A stretch of DNA of 64,000 nucleotides, from contig JAYWIR010000030.1 of NCBI GenBank assembly GCA_036172245.1, positions 2,232,001-2,296,000 on the forward strand, in the 5' to 3' direction. Shown in pieces: positions 39,501 through 53,100 of the stretch; within the stretch, counting starts at the first letter, position 1; each line of letters starts with the position of its first letter. Under the pieces are notes generated by a model. That model saw only the letters and a list, made by a program, of their open reading frames with translations. It was not told the origin of the DNA and made no database searches. A program made the position numbers and the translations under genes. Source of the DNA: Raillietiella orientalis (Eukaryota).

Positions 39501-42500
39501 AAAAAAAACTAACAAACTTTTGTTCCCAGAGGTCATGGCACATTTACTAATGAAGATCGTTTGTTCGCATCAGTTTCCGGAGTGGTCGAGCGGGTCAACA
39601 AATTAATCTATGTGAGACCTTTAAAATCAAGGTAGGATATTTTGTTTCTTTTTAATATTTTTCGACCAATTTATTAATCGCGCGGAGTAAACTGTGAAAC
39701 ACGTATTAGATTTTTAGAGTTTTAATTGTTTCGTATTGAAATAAAGGGTTTGCATATCCATAGCGTTTTGGTTACCCAGTTGTATGCGTGATTTTACCAC
39801 CAGCAACGAGAATGTGGTTCATGTTCCCCGAGCTCCCGAATTTTCCGTGGTATCCTCTGCGAATGCAGCGGAATAACTTTTAGGGCAGGGCCAACGGGCA
39901 GAAATCGGCAAACGAGAAAGGAACGCCTCCCATGACATTAGAGAGTCAATACTCCCTGATGACATTTTGCGGGCGAACCTCTTTGCTTCCTTCTCGAGCA
40001 GACAGTGTAAACATTCCCAAGCAAAACTCGGAATCTAATTTCGGAGTATGATTTTTGACTTTTCGATTGCAAACACCGTTTCGGTCGAAGCGTTGACGAC
40101 TTGCTCCGATGTAATGATGTGCTGCTGTACAAGCAGTAGAAAGATTACGTTCATCAGTATGCGACGAATGTAACCTTTCCATGTGTATGCCCCGTAAAAA
40201 AACGTGGTCTGCGGAATGGGTATGGCCATAAATGTGCTCCGTACTGTTTTGCATTCCCGAGCGCTTAACAACATGTTTATTATCATAAAATACTTTTGGG
40301 ACCAACAGTTTTGTTCTAACATTGCTGAAATGAGCCTGAAGACGTTTAAATTCTAAAAGTAGCGGGGAATGCAACGTATAAAGTGCATATGGAGAGAGCA
40401 GTGTGTTTCACGTGGAGAAAAAAAAAAAAAAATGCTCGCCAAGCTGTTTGTTCTGCTTAATCGCAACCGTCGCTGTTGTCCAATTCGTTCCGTACACAAC
40501 AACACGGGAAGCTGTGTATGTCCTTAGGGACGAACACTAAACAGCTGAAGCATGTTCGATCGCTAATTGCTCAATCTTTCAAAGGTACGTCGGAGAAGTG
40601 GGAGACGTCGTAGTAGGTAGAATAATTGATGTGCAGCAAAAACGATGGAAAGTTGACGTGAATTCTCGTTTGGACGCGATTCTGATGCTGTCATCTGTCA
40701 ACTTGCCTGGAGGAGAACTTGTAAGCCATTACTTTTTCTATTACTTCTGCTGCGAATTCGTTGTTGTTGTTGTTTTTTCCTCATGTGATATCATGTCATG
40801 ACGGAGGCACAGAGTGGTAGAGGGATTGGGGAAAGTTTCTTTGGCTTCATCAGTTCGGAAACTTTGGAAGTGCTCTCACCATCCTGAAGATGGGAAATGT
40901 TTCGTTTAGTCGTTCAAGAGTACGAGGAAACGTTGGTGGGCGGGATACGTTAGTTTCTTTCGTTTTCTTTTTCAAATATGTTGAGGCATTTTCTTCGAGT
41001 TGCTTCCTCTCCCCGGTCATGGTACTCCGAGGGCGCTCTCCTATCTCGATGCTCGTTCGGTGGAACCCGTCACCAGTGCACATCTCACCCAGGCTGTACA
41101 TGAGATGAGCGTTGTAATCTGGATGTTCCCGGTTCTGGATTTTCCTTATTTGGTTTGCGAACCCGTGATGCGCTTCGTTTTTGCGCTGTGAATTTCCTGT
41201 TCTGCGAATAGCAACGCAAATAAACGGGAGCATTCTTTTCAGTTTCTCAGATCTCCAAGGGATGATTTTTGCTTTGAGTGAAAAAAAAGTGTGCAGTTCC
41301 ACAGAACGATTGTAGACGGGCGGTGCCCGTCCATAGACCTGGGAATCGGGAGATCCGTGAGGAGTTCGTTTGGAAACTTTTTCCGCAGAGGCTGGTTTTG
41401 TACGTCGTTCAGCCCAAAGCACTCGTGGATCGAATTCAAGATGCAGCATCTCAATTGCAGCCAAGAACGGAGCGCCGAAGCAGAAATCGTTTCCGTGAGA
41501 TCTCCATGAAAGTCGTGTCCTCGCGGGAAGCACGCAGGACCGTGTATTGCAAGCGCATGTTTTTCCATTAAACTTCGGGATGTCCCATGTTTAGAGGTGT
41601 CCCATATGTTTCATGAATTTGAAATATGCACAACAGTAATATTGTTTATTAAAGGAACAATCTGCAACATGATGGTGTGGCTTTTGCCTTCCTACTGGAT
41701 CTCTTTTATCCTTATTGTGCCCAAGATTTGAATTCGAGGTTAGCATCTTTTCATTAAGTCGACCACCTGTGTGTAGATACGTGTTCCCCTTTGATGAGTA
41801 ATTTTTTTCTCTTTTTATCGAGGGGTCCGCTTGAGAGGTACGGTTTGAAACTTAAAAACGTTGTGTAAGGCGTTGGTGTTGAACTTTTTCCTCTGCAGAC
41901 TGAAACAGAGAGCAGGGCAATCTCACCGTATCTTCGTGTGTAAGGCTTTGATTTCCTTATGCGACCAAAGCATTCAGCAGTCGAAATGTTGGGGTCAGTT
42001 GGCTCCTGCTCTTCCATGTAGGTCCTTCGTTCTCTCCGTTCTGCATCCGAGGCAGCGACGAACGCAGTGTGCATGGACCTCGGAGGACGCCGGGAAGGCA
42101 CTGCGTTAGAGAAGCTGTGAACAGCAGGAACCTCAAGATGTTTTAAATATGGAGAAAAGCGAGTCAATTTAAGAATCGATTATCTATGTAGGAAATCTAT
42201 AACTGGCAGTGTGTGGCGAATCTTTGGGTGTTTGTGCTAAAGGTCGAAACTTTGGAAAGACCAGAAAGCTTCACGGTTGATTTCCGAATCAAAGTGTTAC
42301 GCCCACGTTTCTTACCCCAGCCGGGGCACTTTGGATTCTTCGTTGTAACTTGCAGCCGGATCGATCCAGGAGCTCGTGTTGCGCCTTTTCCGCGAACGGC
42401 AAAAGAGGTGTCATCAACATCTATACTCGCAGAGTTTATGACGTTGATGCAGATCGGCAGCAAAAGATAAGGAAAGGACTTGCAATTAGTTCCTTGTTGC

Positions 42501-43724
42501 AAACGATCTGACGTTTCCCTATGTGCCCAACTGTTTTACGTTTGGTACTGTTTATGATTGCGAGCGATCTTCTGTGAACGTGCGAGTGTAGTGATGCTCG
42601 TGGGATACGCGCGTGTTCCTTGTTCGGTTGTATCAAATGAGGGTGACATCCAAGGAAGTGATCCAAGGATCCAAGTCCATCCAAGGACCTTGTGTTTACT
42701 CCATGCTGTTTTTGTGCCCTCGGTTCAACAGGGGTGAAGTTTTCGGATGCCGCGCCAGCATAGTGAAAGTAACTTTCCAGGTTTGCATTTCTTTCCGTGA
42801 TTGAAAACAAAAGAGTGCAGCATCGAAACTTTCGAAATCGCTTCATATTTCACGATGTGGATGTTTCCGTGCTCCCTCTCGTCACTCCTCTAAAACAGGA
42901 CTTTTTGTGTTTTCTGGGCACATTCGCATCGCCATGTTACACCTTTGCACTGCTTTCTAAATAGGAAGTGGCACTTTCACCGCTAGAAAGCCTTCCTCAC
43001 TATTGATTTTTATTTGTCACGAAAGAACGAATGTGATTTTAGCGTCGTCGATCCGTAGAGGATGAGCTGACCATGCGCCAGTATTTACAAGAGGGAGATC
43101 TCATATCTGCGGAGGTCCAGTTGGTCCATTCCGACGGGTCGCTTGCTTTGCACACGCGTAGTTTGAAGTACGGCAGAGTAAGGGATTGATCAGTGTTCGC
43201 TCCTGTCACTATTGAATGGATCATTAAGCTCTCTCAGGGCATGCTCATCAAGGTGAATCCTTCTTTGATTCAAAGATGCAAGACGCATTTCCATAATCTG
43301 TCGTGTGGAGCCCAGCTCATCCTGGGCAACAACGGGTACATTTGGTTGGCCCCTCCAGCGAGCAAGACCAGTTCTTCGGAAGGCGGTTTCGTTCAGAATT
43401 TCGAGGTAGCCAAAGATCCCGCAGCTCCCGGTTTCCCTTAACGCCCAGATCTGTGACTTGGTGTAGCCCATACCTGATGAAGATCGCTCGACCCTTAGTC
43501 GCCTGAGGAACTGCATCTCCGCCTTGGTTGCCGCGCGGATGCCGCTGTTCGACACCAGCATATTCTACGCCTTCGAAGAATCTCAGAAATACGAGGTGAG
43601 AACCGGAAAGCCCAAAGGGTATCTGTGTGGACTCTCCCAATAGGTGAAGGAACTGTTGAAAGATGAACTGTCGCGGGAGATAGCAGCGGCTACCAAGAAC
43701 AGACTCACGACTGAGATGATCTGA
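36534..43724 (+). CDS. EXOSC2: Exosome complex component RRP4, about 292 aa
   Basis: Exons 36534-36652, 39530-39631, 40585-40720, 43043-43177, 43229-43405, 43467-43595 and 43644-43724 are in frame (879 nt). Diagnostic LVTPGDVIT...[45 protein letters not shown] and ILGNNGYIW. Confidence 0.96.
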
Positions 43725-43785
43725 CTTTCGGAGCTTCCATCTGCGGTTTCTTGTGCCCGTGGTGATTTTATCCTGATGAAAGAGA

Positions 43786-43860
43786 AATAAATATATTTTT
43801 TTTTTTTTGTAAAAAAAAAAAAAAAGAGAAAACTTTTCTTTTTTTTTGCTCGCTTTTATT
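43786..43860. terminator. Back-to-back polyadenylation signals of the convergent EXOSC2 and PAN-ZP genes
   Basis: AATAAA on + at 43786-43791 and on - at 43855-43860, separated by T-run / A-run / T-run sequence. Confidence 0.7.
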
Positions 43861-44158
43861 ACAAATGGATCGAATTACAGGTAGATGTCCGTCATTACGA
43901 ATGATCGGATATCACAGAGTGTTTATGGTAAGTTTTACCGACAACTCTATACTTTGTATTTGACGTGAAAAAACAGCACGATTTCGCTGTCATGCTACCG
44001 GTTTCTTTATCAATGTGCTAAGTTTGCTTGGGAACGGGTGCGCTTAGTTTTTTTTCTTTTTCATCCTTTCATGTAAAAAATAGAATACAAAAGAAGAGGA
44101 TTTTCGTGAGTGACTAGTCTTGGTTCTTTTTTTTTCTTTTTCGGTTGGCGGAGATCAG

Positions 44159-47100
44159 TTAATGTAGTAGCTTGTTCTTTGGTTTCAAGTATTTCCTCAT
44201 GACAAAGTGGAAGACGGTGCACAAGTAGATCAGAATCAGTAGGGCGCATGTTACGGATAACGCGAGCACGGACAGCTTGGTGGGGCACGTCTCGTATATG
44301 ATGGTACTCGGCTTTTCCAGTTCGCCCAATCCTGCAAAGGGAACACCGGATTGCAATCCGCATGGAGGCCTTCGGTTTCCCACTCACCTTTCTTCTGTCG
44401 CAAGTACTTGGACTGAGCTGTTTCGTCCATGTCGAAGACGATGATTTCCTGGCTCAGCGTCATGTCCTCGGAGTGCTTGACCGACCGTCTTCGCCTCCCC
44501 CAGGATTTGAAGTGCTGGATGTTCCATTTGCATTGGGCCTGTCGAAAGAAAGGTGTTTGCGATCCCCAGCGCCATCCGGAGGTGTGTGCTCGGTTCTCAC
44601 CGGCTCGCACGATCCCAGGCAGTAACGGACGGTGCACTGGAAGATCACACCGTAGGATTCCGTGAACCGGAACGCCTCGTAGGTGCTGTGCAGTGCTGAT
44701 CCTTCGGACGTGAACTGAGGAAAAATGGTTGGGTCCACCGGGCAGCTAGTCGGTCAAAAGAAAAAAAAGAGCACTTGGGAATTGTGCGATGGACTGATTC
44801 AGATTTTTGCTCCCTCTCTTCCTTCAATCCAATCACTCCAGCATCAGCACCATTCACAAAGAAAGTGATACGTCGATGGCAGATTTATGCTTTCGTGCAC
44901 TTCGTGGCCGTTCAGTGTTGTCCCCTGGACTCCCACGTGCTCCAGAGAAGAAAAAAAACAGCACCGAGGAGACGTGCGGTGTGTGCTCGTCTCTCACCAT
45001 CCGAGTGCAAAGAGTTCCATAACTCTCGGATCGTGAGAGGTGGTGTGTGGATTCACGCGGCAGCTGCCAGCGTGCTACTGTCAATGGCGAGGTCCGCCTC
45101 CAGCCCTTTTTTGACGGAGCAGCCGAAAACTTATCTCTGATAGAGAAGACCCACGTCTCGAGCGGGTCACTTCAGAGCTCCAAGCGCACAAGCGAACTCC
45201 CCACACGGCCCTCACTCCAACGAAGAACATCTTCCCTCCTGACCACCAGCCGTGGGCCAGCCCTCCATCAGAAACGGGGAATTGGGCAGGCCGAAGGAGC
45301 GGCGGATCTTTCCCTTGCTTCATGGAATCTCGAATTTTCTAACGGTAGATGTCAAGGCGAGAGTCACAGCAAGGGAAAGAGAACATCCAGGCCGAATCCA
45401 GAAAATGGGATGGCACTTGGAAGGAATTTAACATCGATCTGCGGAACAACCGACGGTTCCTCATGCGGAAGAGGTCGGATGAGATCTGAAGCACGCGTGC
45501 AGCCGGCTTACGAGTTCATTCAAAGTAATTGGAGGCAACGCTCTCTAGGATCAAATGAGCTCGTAAAGGTCGATTTAGAGATTTCGTGGACTGTGGAATG
45601 TGTCCGTGACTCTTCGGAATAGCCAGTCTACTTCCGGGAGCTACGGTCGGCTTGCTAGGCTACAATCCCACTCCAAGGAGCTGAGCTTGTAACGGCAGAT
45701 CTCCACAGTCGAACTGTAGGGCGATCTGCAAACTGGAAGCTTCCTCTTGATGGTTTTCTAATAAAGCGCGTGCAAGCTCAGCAGCCACGAGGTGCAATTT
45801 GGAAGAATACCAAGGTTTCGAAACAGCACGGGAAGTGAAAGACACGTTTCACCGACGAGAAAATTCAGCGACAGCAGCGCTTCCGTGTTCATCAAAATAT
45901 CTGTTATGAGCAGTGTGCTGCTGGCATGGAAAGGAACTTCTTTGTGCATAATGTTAATAAAGCGTAGCCCATGTTGATCATGACGGAGGATATTAAAGAT
46001 TGGACTCGGGCCTTCAACCGTGTTTCCAATTAGAATCTCCGACCAAGTTCAGCGAGAGCTGTCTTCCGTATCTGCAAGCCATGAGATGCCCAAGCGGGCA
46101 CTGTCGGAGAGGCCCTGCAGAGAGCACGAGAACGAAAGCATCGTGGAACCAAGTTCTTTAGAGGAAAGGGGAAAGCCCCTTGTCGATCGACAAGTCTCGG
46201 AATGGGCCGAGCGAAGTGAGCAGTGACCCTTGTATCCATGGCCGGTTTTATCCGTTCTTTGAACGGCGCAGACAGGCACTGATTTTGTATCGATGGTCGC
46301 CACGTCCTCTTAGTAACATGATCAGATGTACAGCAGACTGACTGCAACAACGGTTAATCCGTGGCTAATCACATGCATCGAACGTATGTATGTCTCTGTA
46401 TGGTAGGGGGGAACTAAATCCCTATGTGCGCTACGTGATTTTCGCTTTTTCATCTTTCTTCTTTACGGATGCAAACCGACTATAAACCAAAGTTAAAAGA
46501 ATGTTTTGCATCTTCCTTCCGAACAATCTACTTTATATGATTCGTTTTCGTATTCTGCTTTTTGTTAACCGGCCGCATAAGGTGGAGGTGAAATCCTCTC
46601 TCTAGATCACGGCCGAAGGACTTCGGCCATTTCGATCCGCAAAAAGAGGGGAGAGGGGAAAAGACGTCCAGCCGGTACGACAGTATGGGAGGCAAAAAGA
46701 TGCGTCTCGTTTGCTCTTCCTTGCGCCCGGATCCAAAACTCGAAGCCAAAGAATCAAGCGGCGCAATGAACTGTGGATTCGAGGTACTCCAAACTTAAAT
46801 GACACGATTCCGGAGGGCAGCTTTAACTGAGGAGCCCACTGATCGTACAGAAACACACTAATGTCTTTTCCCCCTTTATCCGAAGGCACACTTGATCCAC
46901 GTCAGGGAAACTTTCCTTGGAGTATTGCAACGTGAGGACGAGCTGAGTAAGAAACCCGACTTCCGAAAGCTGCATTTGTTTACCGACGCTGGAGTTGAAA
47001 CTTAAAGAACCGGAATCAGTTTGTTAACGGTAGCAATGGGGTTTCCAGCCTCCAGCGAAAAGAACTGCGTCTTTCAGCGAGGCCTCTTAAGGTAACCTAA

Positions 47101-50100
47101 CGATGACTTCGGTCGTTTCGTAAACTCGAGGCTGGCAATTGGATCACTTTGGGGAGCAGAGTTACCTCCTGTCCAAATGAGAAACCCACTGGGATCCCTC
47201 GTATCCTCAATAAAAGATTCAGCGGTAAAGGAGTGCGCTGTTAGGCTCGTGGAGCAGCAAGTCGATTCGGAATGAGAATGGTCAGCAGCATCGTGCGTGT
47301 AGAAATAAAAAGCTCAGTCTCGGGTCATTCACTCGAAACGCGGGACATGTTTACTCTTCGCGGAACACTTGATCGCAGCCGATCAAGTGTTTTCGTGTCT
47401 AGTTTAAACACGCAACGAAACGCAAAAATCACCTCACAAGATCCTCCCACACAGATGCGCTGCGCGAATCCATCGTCGTTGCGCGGAGCGATCTCACCCC
47501 GAGGAAGACGTTTTGTTTGCCTTTGGAGAAAGAAAGAAATGAAGAAGAAGAGTGAAGAACAATGATTTTCGGATCCTGCAGTGGTGCTGCAGAGTTCGCA
47601 GCGGATGCCTGTCGGGCAAGCTGGTGCGCGCGCTGCTAAGAAATCCATCGCCTTCCGAGTCGCTTCAAGCAACGTGTAAAGAAGGATGAAAGATCTGTCG
47701 AAATGGAGAGGTCTCGCTGAATGATGTTTCAGCCTCGCGATGGAGCACCCGCGATCGAAGGAGCAGACCGGAAAAAAAAAAAAAAGAAAAAAAAAAAGGC
47801 AAATAGGGAAGCAATGCTGACATCCAGGAGAATCTTTCGTCCAAGCGTACCCTCTGTTGTCGATCAGCTGGAACGTGCTTGAAGAGTCCTTGGCAAGCGC
47901 ATAGCAGTTTCTTGCGAATATTCCGTAAGGTGCTGCGAAAACTCAGTCCTCAGGAATTTCCCCGTAGCCCGATACATACTGTTGTCCGGGATGTCGATGC
48001 GAAGAGTCACTCTGTCGCCTACCCGGACGCTTTCCACTTCTTTGCCGGCTTGGTCCAGGAGTACGATTCTGGGCGCGGGCGACTCCGGCGCGGATGCGAC
48101 GCTTATCATATCCGGATCTCTGCAATGCACGGTTCGTTATTTCCCGACGCGAATCCTGTCTCAGGCAACGCGGCGGGGAAAACAGGACGGTTCGAAGGTG
48201 TCCCGTGGTCCCAGGGTTTCGCTCGACACGTACCTAATGGGCAGCATGCCGAAGGTCACATTTATGGGCGTGGTGTCGTAGACGCACTTGATCTTGTACA
48301 TCTTGTCTATTTTGGTCATCACCACGCTGTGGTGCTGTATGACCAGCACGTTGGAGTAGGAGCCGCTCTGGAGGAAACCCGAAACTCGCAGCTGCGGGAG
48401 GGTGGTGCGTGCTTACCGCGGACTGCGTGTTGCAGTCCTGCCCGAACAACGAGAGGTCGATCCTGAACTTGTCGCTGTTGATGACGTCCACGTTGCACGT
48501 CTCGGCACGTCCGAGGGCGTAGATGCGCCCGTTGAATGCGCGGTTGGTCTCGAAGTCCACCTGGATCTTCGTGTCCGTGCAGCTGACGATCACTGGAAAG
48601 AAAGAGACGGCCATCAAGAAGACCTGCATCCCGCAGAGCACAAAGTTCTGTGCTGGAAGGAGAGGGAGGAAGATAGAAGGGGAAAAGAAGTTGGGGAGCT
48701 CGGCTGGGAGCCCCCTGTCTAGTCCGCTTGCAGCCTCGGGGAACGGGCGATCGCTTACCGTTGTAGCAGATGCCGGCGGTGTCGCACTGCTGGGGGTCGA
48801 AGTTCCCGTTCTGCGTGTCCGACTGCGAGGCGTTCGGGTCGTGGGCAATCTGCGAAGTGGGGGGCGAAGTGGCAGGCGTGCGGGCCATCCCGGGGGTCGT
48901 CACCTCGTTCTCTCCTGGATCAGAAAAGCAAACAGTCCCGCCGCCCGTTGGCGGGGATTTCGGACCCGCGCCGCGCAAAGGTCACCCCGCCCCTATCGTC
49001 ACGATCTGCATGGTTTGCGACGTGCCGAGGATGCGGTGGACGGAACCGCCAAGGAACCGAGGAGGAAGGCGCACGTTCGGATGGGCGAACGGTGCAGTTG
49101 CTCCTCCCTTTCCTCCTTCCTCTTTCCCTCCACCCCTCCTGTACAGAGAGCCCCTTGTTTTTGACGGCATCGGAACTCTCGCAACTCTTCCCCTGGCGCT
49201 TGCTCGAAAGAAGAGGAAAAAAAAAAAGGAACCCAATTCCGGTCGCGGGATTCGCGGATCTCGCAACTCCTTGACCATTCCCTACTACATCCAGTGCTGA
49301 AGAGCTTGGATGATGCTCTTCGGCGAATCTCCGATCGGAAGGAACTGTCGCCGCGCGCCCAGGCGAGAGAATTCAGGCGCCGCCCAGCAGATCCTCGAAG
49401 CGCAGGTCAACCGTGTGAGCCGCTCGCCCCTGCCTTGGAGTCTGTCTGCCTGACGCGCGTGCGGACCTCCTCTTTCGTTTCCGCGTGCCTCTCTGCCTTG
49501 AGTTTCATCCGCCGAGCACGGCTGCGCGTCCCTCCTCCCCCTCCCTTCCTCGGGCAGAGTCTCCACTCGACATTCGGTATCGCGCTGTGACGGATGAAAG
49601 CGCCAACCGGGAGCCTCCTTGCAGCGCGCTGCGAAACCCCGCATTCCTTCGTCTACGGAGCATGGCCGCGGCATCACAGCCGAGGTCCATGCGCTCGCAC
49701 TCGGGGGATTCTTGCAAGTCGGGAGATCCCCATAGGGTCGAAGGCAGAGATCGGAGGAAGCCATCGCTGCGTGGTTCCCCTTCACCGCCACGTGACCAGG
49801 ATGGGCGAGGTCTCCACCGCAAGCGAACTCCCCGCAAACTTTGAGGGAATCTGCCCCCCTCCCTCCCCTTCCCCCCTTGGTTCAAGCCGTCCGCTTCCCC
49901 TCCGAGTCCTTGGCGTGGCGCGAACTCCTCCATGCGCATTTCAGGATCTGTTTGCTACCCGAGGAGCTTTCGTGACGGCGCTCCTCGGAAGCCCCTCGGC
50001 CGGAGCCCACGGACCACGAACTCGACGGGATGAACGCACCGCGCTCTGGAGGAAAATGTAGTGCTTTCTTCACGATTCGGCAAATTCAGCAACGGCGCTT

Positions 50101-53100
50101 CCTCCACAGTCGCAAGGGAAGGATGTGCGCCTTGTGGGTAGTCTCACTTTTGAGGAGCAGCCCTTCAGCCCTTCCCGAAGTCTTCCTTCTCTCCCTGAAA
50201 TGAAGTTTCCCCTCCGAGAAGAGTTTCCGGAGGCTTCGATGCCACGGCCAACTTCACTAGAGTACGGTCGAGAGAATGACGCCCTCTTCCAAGATCGATC
50301 AGATGCCTTGAAAGGGATTTTCAATTCGCATTTTACAAGATTCTTCGCTCTGCGCTTATTTCTGGATACATCCGCCTGCAGGAAGAGTCACCGAGTTACC
50401 ATCCATTTCCCGAAATCGAACGATTGGTATCTTAATCTCCTATAGTCCCCTCAACCCTTTCCATTCCCCAAAGTGCTTCCAGGGAATTTTCGTTGATTAC
50501 ATGGGAGTGGCTCTTCAAATTTCCGAGAGGAGCGTAATGGCGAGCTGAAAAAATTCCATCCCTCTTCATACGGTAGATCCCTGGAAACTGTCCACGTGTT
50601 CGCTTGAGCCGCGGGCACGAAGAGCGGCAAAGCCAGCGGGGCTCGTCAGCTCACTTGCGGACGTTTGTTCACGGCCTCACCTCCTTCGGATGCCGTGATC
50701 TCATATCCAGGGGAAAGACCGATCTTTTACTTTCAGAGTTCGGCAGCTGCGCGTAATTTTAAGTTCCCGAATTTCTTAATGGTACTCGTGAGGGGCCCTG
50801 GAATCTGAAGAATGCGGATATGGTCCGGAATAATGCATGTGGTCAGTCACTTCCTCTCACTTCTGTTCAACTCCCGACCGTCAGCGCGAGACAGCTTGAC
50901 GTGCATCCGCCTGTTCCTTGCACTAAATAATTCCTATTAAGACTCCGTTACTTAACCTTAATGCTGGCGGAGCAGAAATGAGCAGCTTCTCTGGACCGAA
51001 AAGCAAACGCTCATTTTCGCTTTCAGCGAACGGTTTTGCGGGAAAGGTGAAGTGCAGCCAGGAGTCAGGGAGTCCACCGTTTCGCACCAGTGGAAAGGGA
51101 AGTTTGGAGGGCCGGAAATATTTCGGCTTCCCACTCGTCGGAGCTCTCTTGTTCGGTGAGAAGCCGGCACTATCCAGCAGACCGGCGTCCCCGGAGCGGT
51201 GCAGTTTCTCGAGCTCACCCTCTCCGTCTCGCTCAGGACCGAGGACGATTCAGGGATGCGAACGAAGCAATCCGCTCAATGCAGCAAGCATTTGCGCGCA
51301 GCAACGGCTGGCAGCGAGCAGCGCAAGAACTTCCGGGGTACTCACGCAAACAGATGTTTTCGTAATACATTCCGCTTGTGCCTCCTGTGTCGATAAGAGG
51401 TCTTTCAACGTTCATGTAGGTGTTCGTGCTGTCGGGAAACATCTGGTGGTCTTGGTGAAACAGCTTGCAATTGTGAGAGCTGCTGTCCATGGGTCCTTTA
51501 AATAGATAGGAACGACACAGGAACTCTCCTTCCACCATGCAGGCACGTTCGCAAGCTATGTGGTTGCTCGCCTAGAAAAGAACCAAACAAAACAAAGAGG
51601 GTGATGGAGTTTCGCAGTGCGAAGTTCTCGGAGTTGAGGATGACGGCGCAAAAAGCACTTTTTCCTAAAGCATTCGTCGTTGTGTTCCAGAAAGGCTAAG
51701 GGGGTTACGCTTTCCATAGGTGAAGGATATGAGCCAACCGCAAACCATGTTGTGATGCAGAGTTTGCTTTTCTTGAAGAACGTGCGGCACGGAAAACAGA
51801 GGCGGTAGCAACAGATGAAGAAGAAGCAAGCAGTATCAGAAGTGGACACCTTGCAATTCATAGTGAACTGTGCTAAGCGTGCCTTCTAGCAGCACGTTGA
51901 TCAGCGAAGGTGCACGTTCATGCCTATGTACAAAGGAATCGTTCCCTTGGGAACCAGTTGCTGAGCGGAGGCGTCCGAACGAAAGCTCTCAGAATTCTTG
52001 CAGTAGCAAAGGAAGCAGGAAAGAGGTTCTTGATTCATCTTCAGGAGGTGGGAGCGAACTGTGATAAGCAAACGTACCAATAACTCTCTGTCGGCGTAGT
52101 AGTTCAAGATCACATACTGGCTTATCTTTGCTTCCGGGATGCCAAGTTGGGGGACGACAAATCTCCTCTGACCTTTGCATGCTTCATTTTCTGAAACAAA
52201 AGTGAAGATAAAAATTCTCGGTTTTTTGTCTTTTTTGGCTTCTGTTAACTCAAGTCTCTTTCAGCTGACCCAAAGCTTTTAGTCACTTGAAACGAAAGAC
52301 TTCCAAGAGCTTTGCGGACACCATCCGATCCGAATGGAGGTTCTAATCTGCAGCTCGAGAGAAGTGTCTACCGTGTGATTAACTATTCTTTGTGTTTCTT
52401 CGAAACCTAAGAACTTTTCTTGGACTGCATTCTTTTTTTTTAAAAAAAGAAAACGATCCTAAATTAAGTAATTTTTATAGGCCAAGCTTTGCTCTTGTTC
52501 CTATCTTGTTATTATACGGTATGCTTGAGCTGTGATGGCACCATAACAAAAAGAAAATTCTGTAACAAAAAAGGGAGCATTTTGTGATCTCTTTCGACCT
52601 TCAAGGATGGCTTTATTTATGTTTTTCCTGAATAGATTAGGAAGCCAATTTTAGAACTCGCGTATATGTTGTCAGTGACTCGTGTCGGCAAACTGCTAAA
52701 ACCCCGGATTTTGTTTTGCTTGTTTTCGCAGCGATGCATCCAAGGAAATTGGTCCAGATTCGTGTCTCTGTGTTTCAGTGTAGATTCCTTGCATTCGAAT
52801 CCAAACTCAAATAGTGTTTCGAATTCGGCTTGGGTCGCGAAGCTCTCATGACCCACGGAAGGGGCTGCTGCTTCGAAACCGAAACTTCCCCGCGAGGCTC
52901 CTCCAAACGTAAAAGAACGGAAAGCTCATGATAGAAGCAAGAGATTGGGAATCTCGCTTAACTGAAAGATAAACTGGGAGCTTGGAATCAAACGTCTTCC
53001 AGTCCGATTCATACTCGGGCACTGTGGAAACATGGATCGGACATGCCCCCCCAAATTGACGCAAAGGTAGAAATTTCTTTGACCTTGTGGGAGCTGGAAA

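Noticed and set aside
47879..50445. Dense cluster of long overlapping ORFs on both strands
   Set aside because: Explained by high GC content and antisense or alternative frames of PAN-ZP exons; no recognisable domains.
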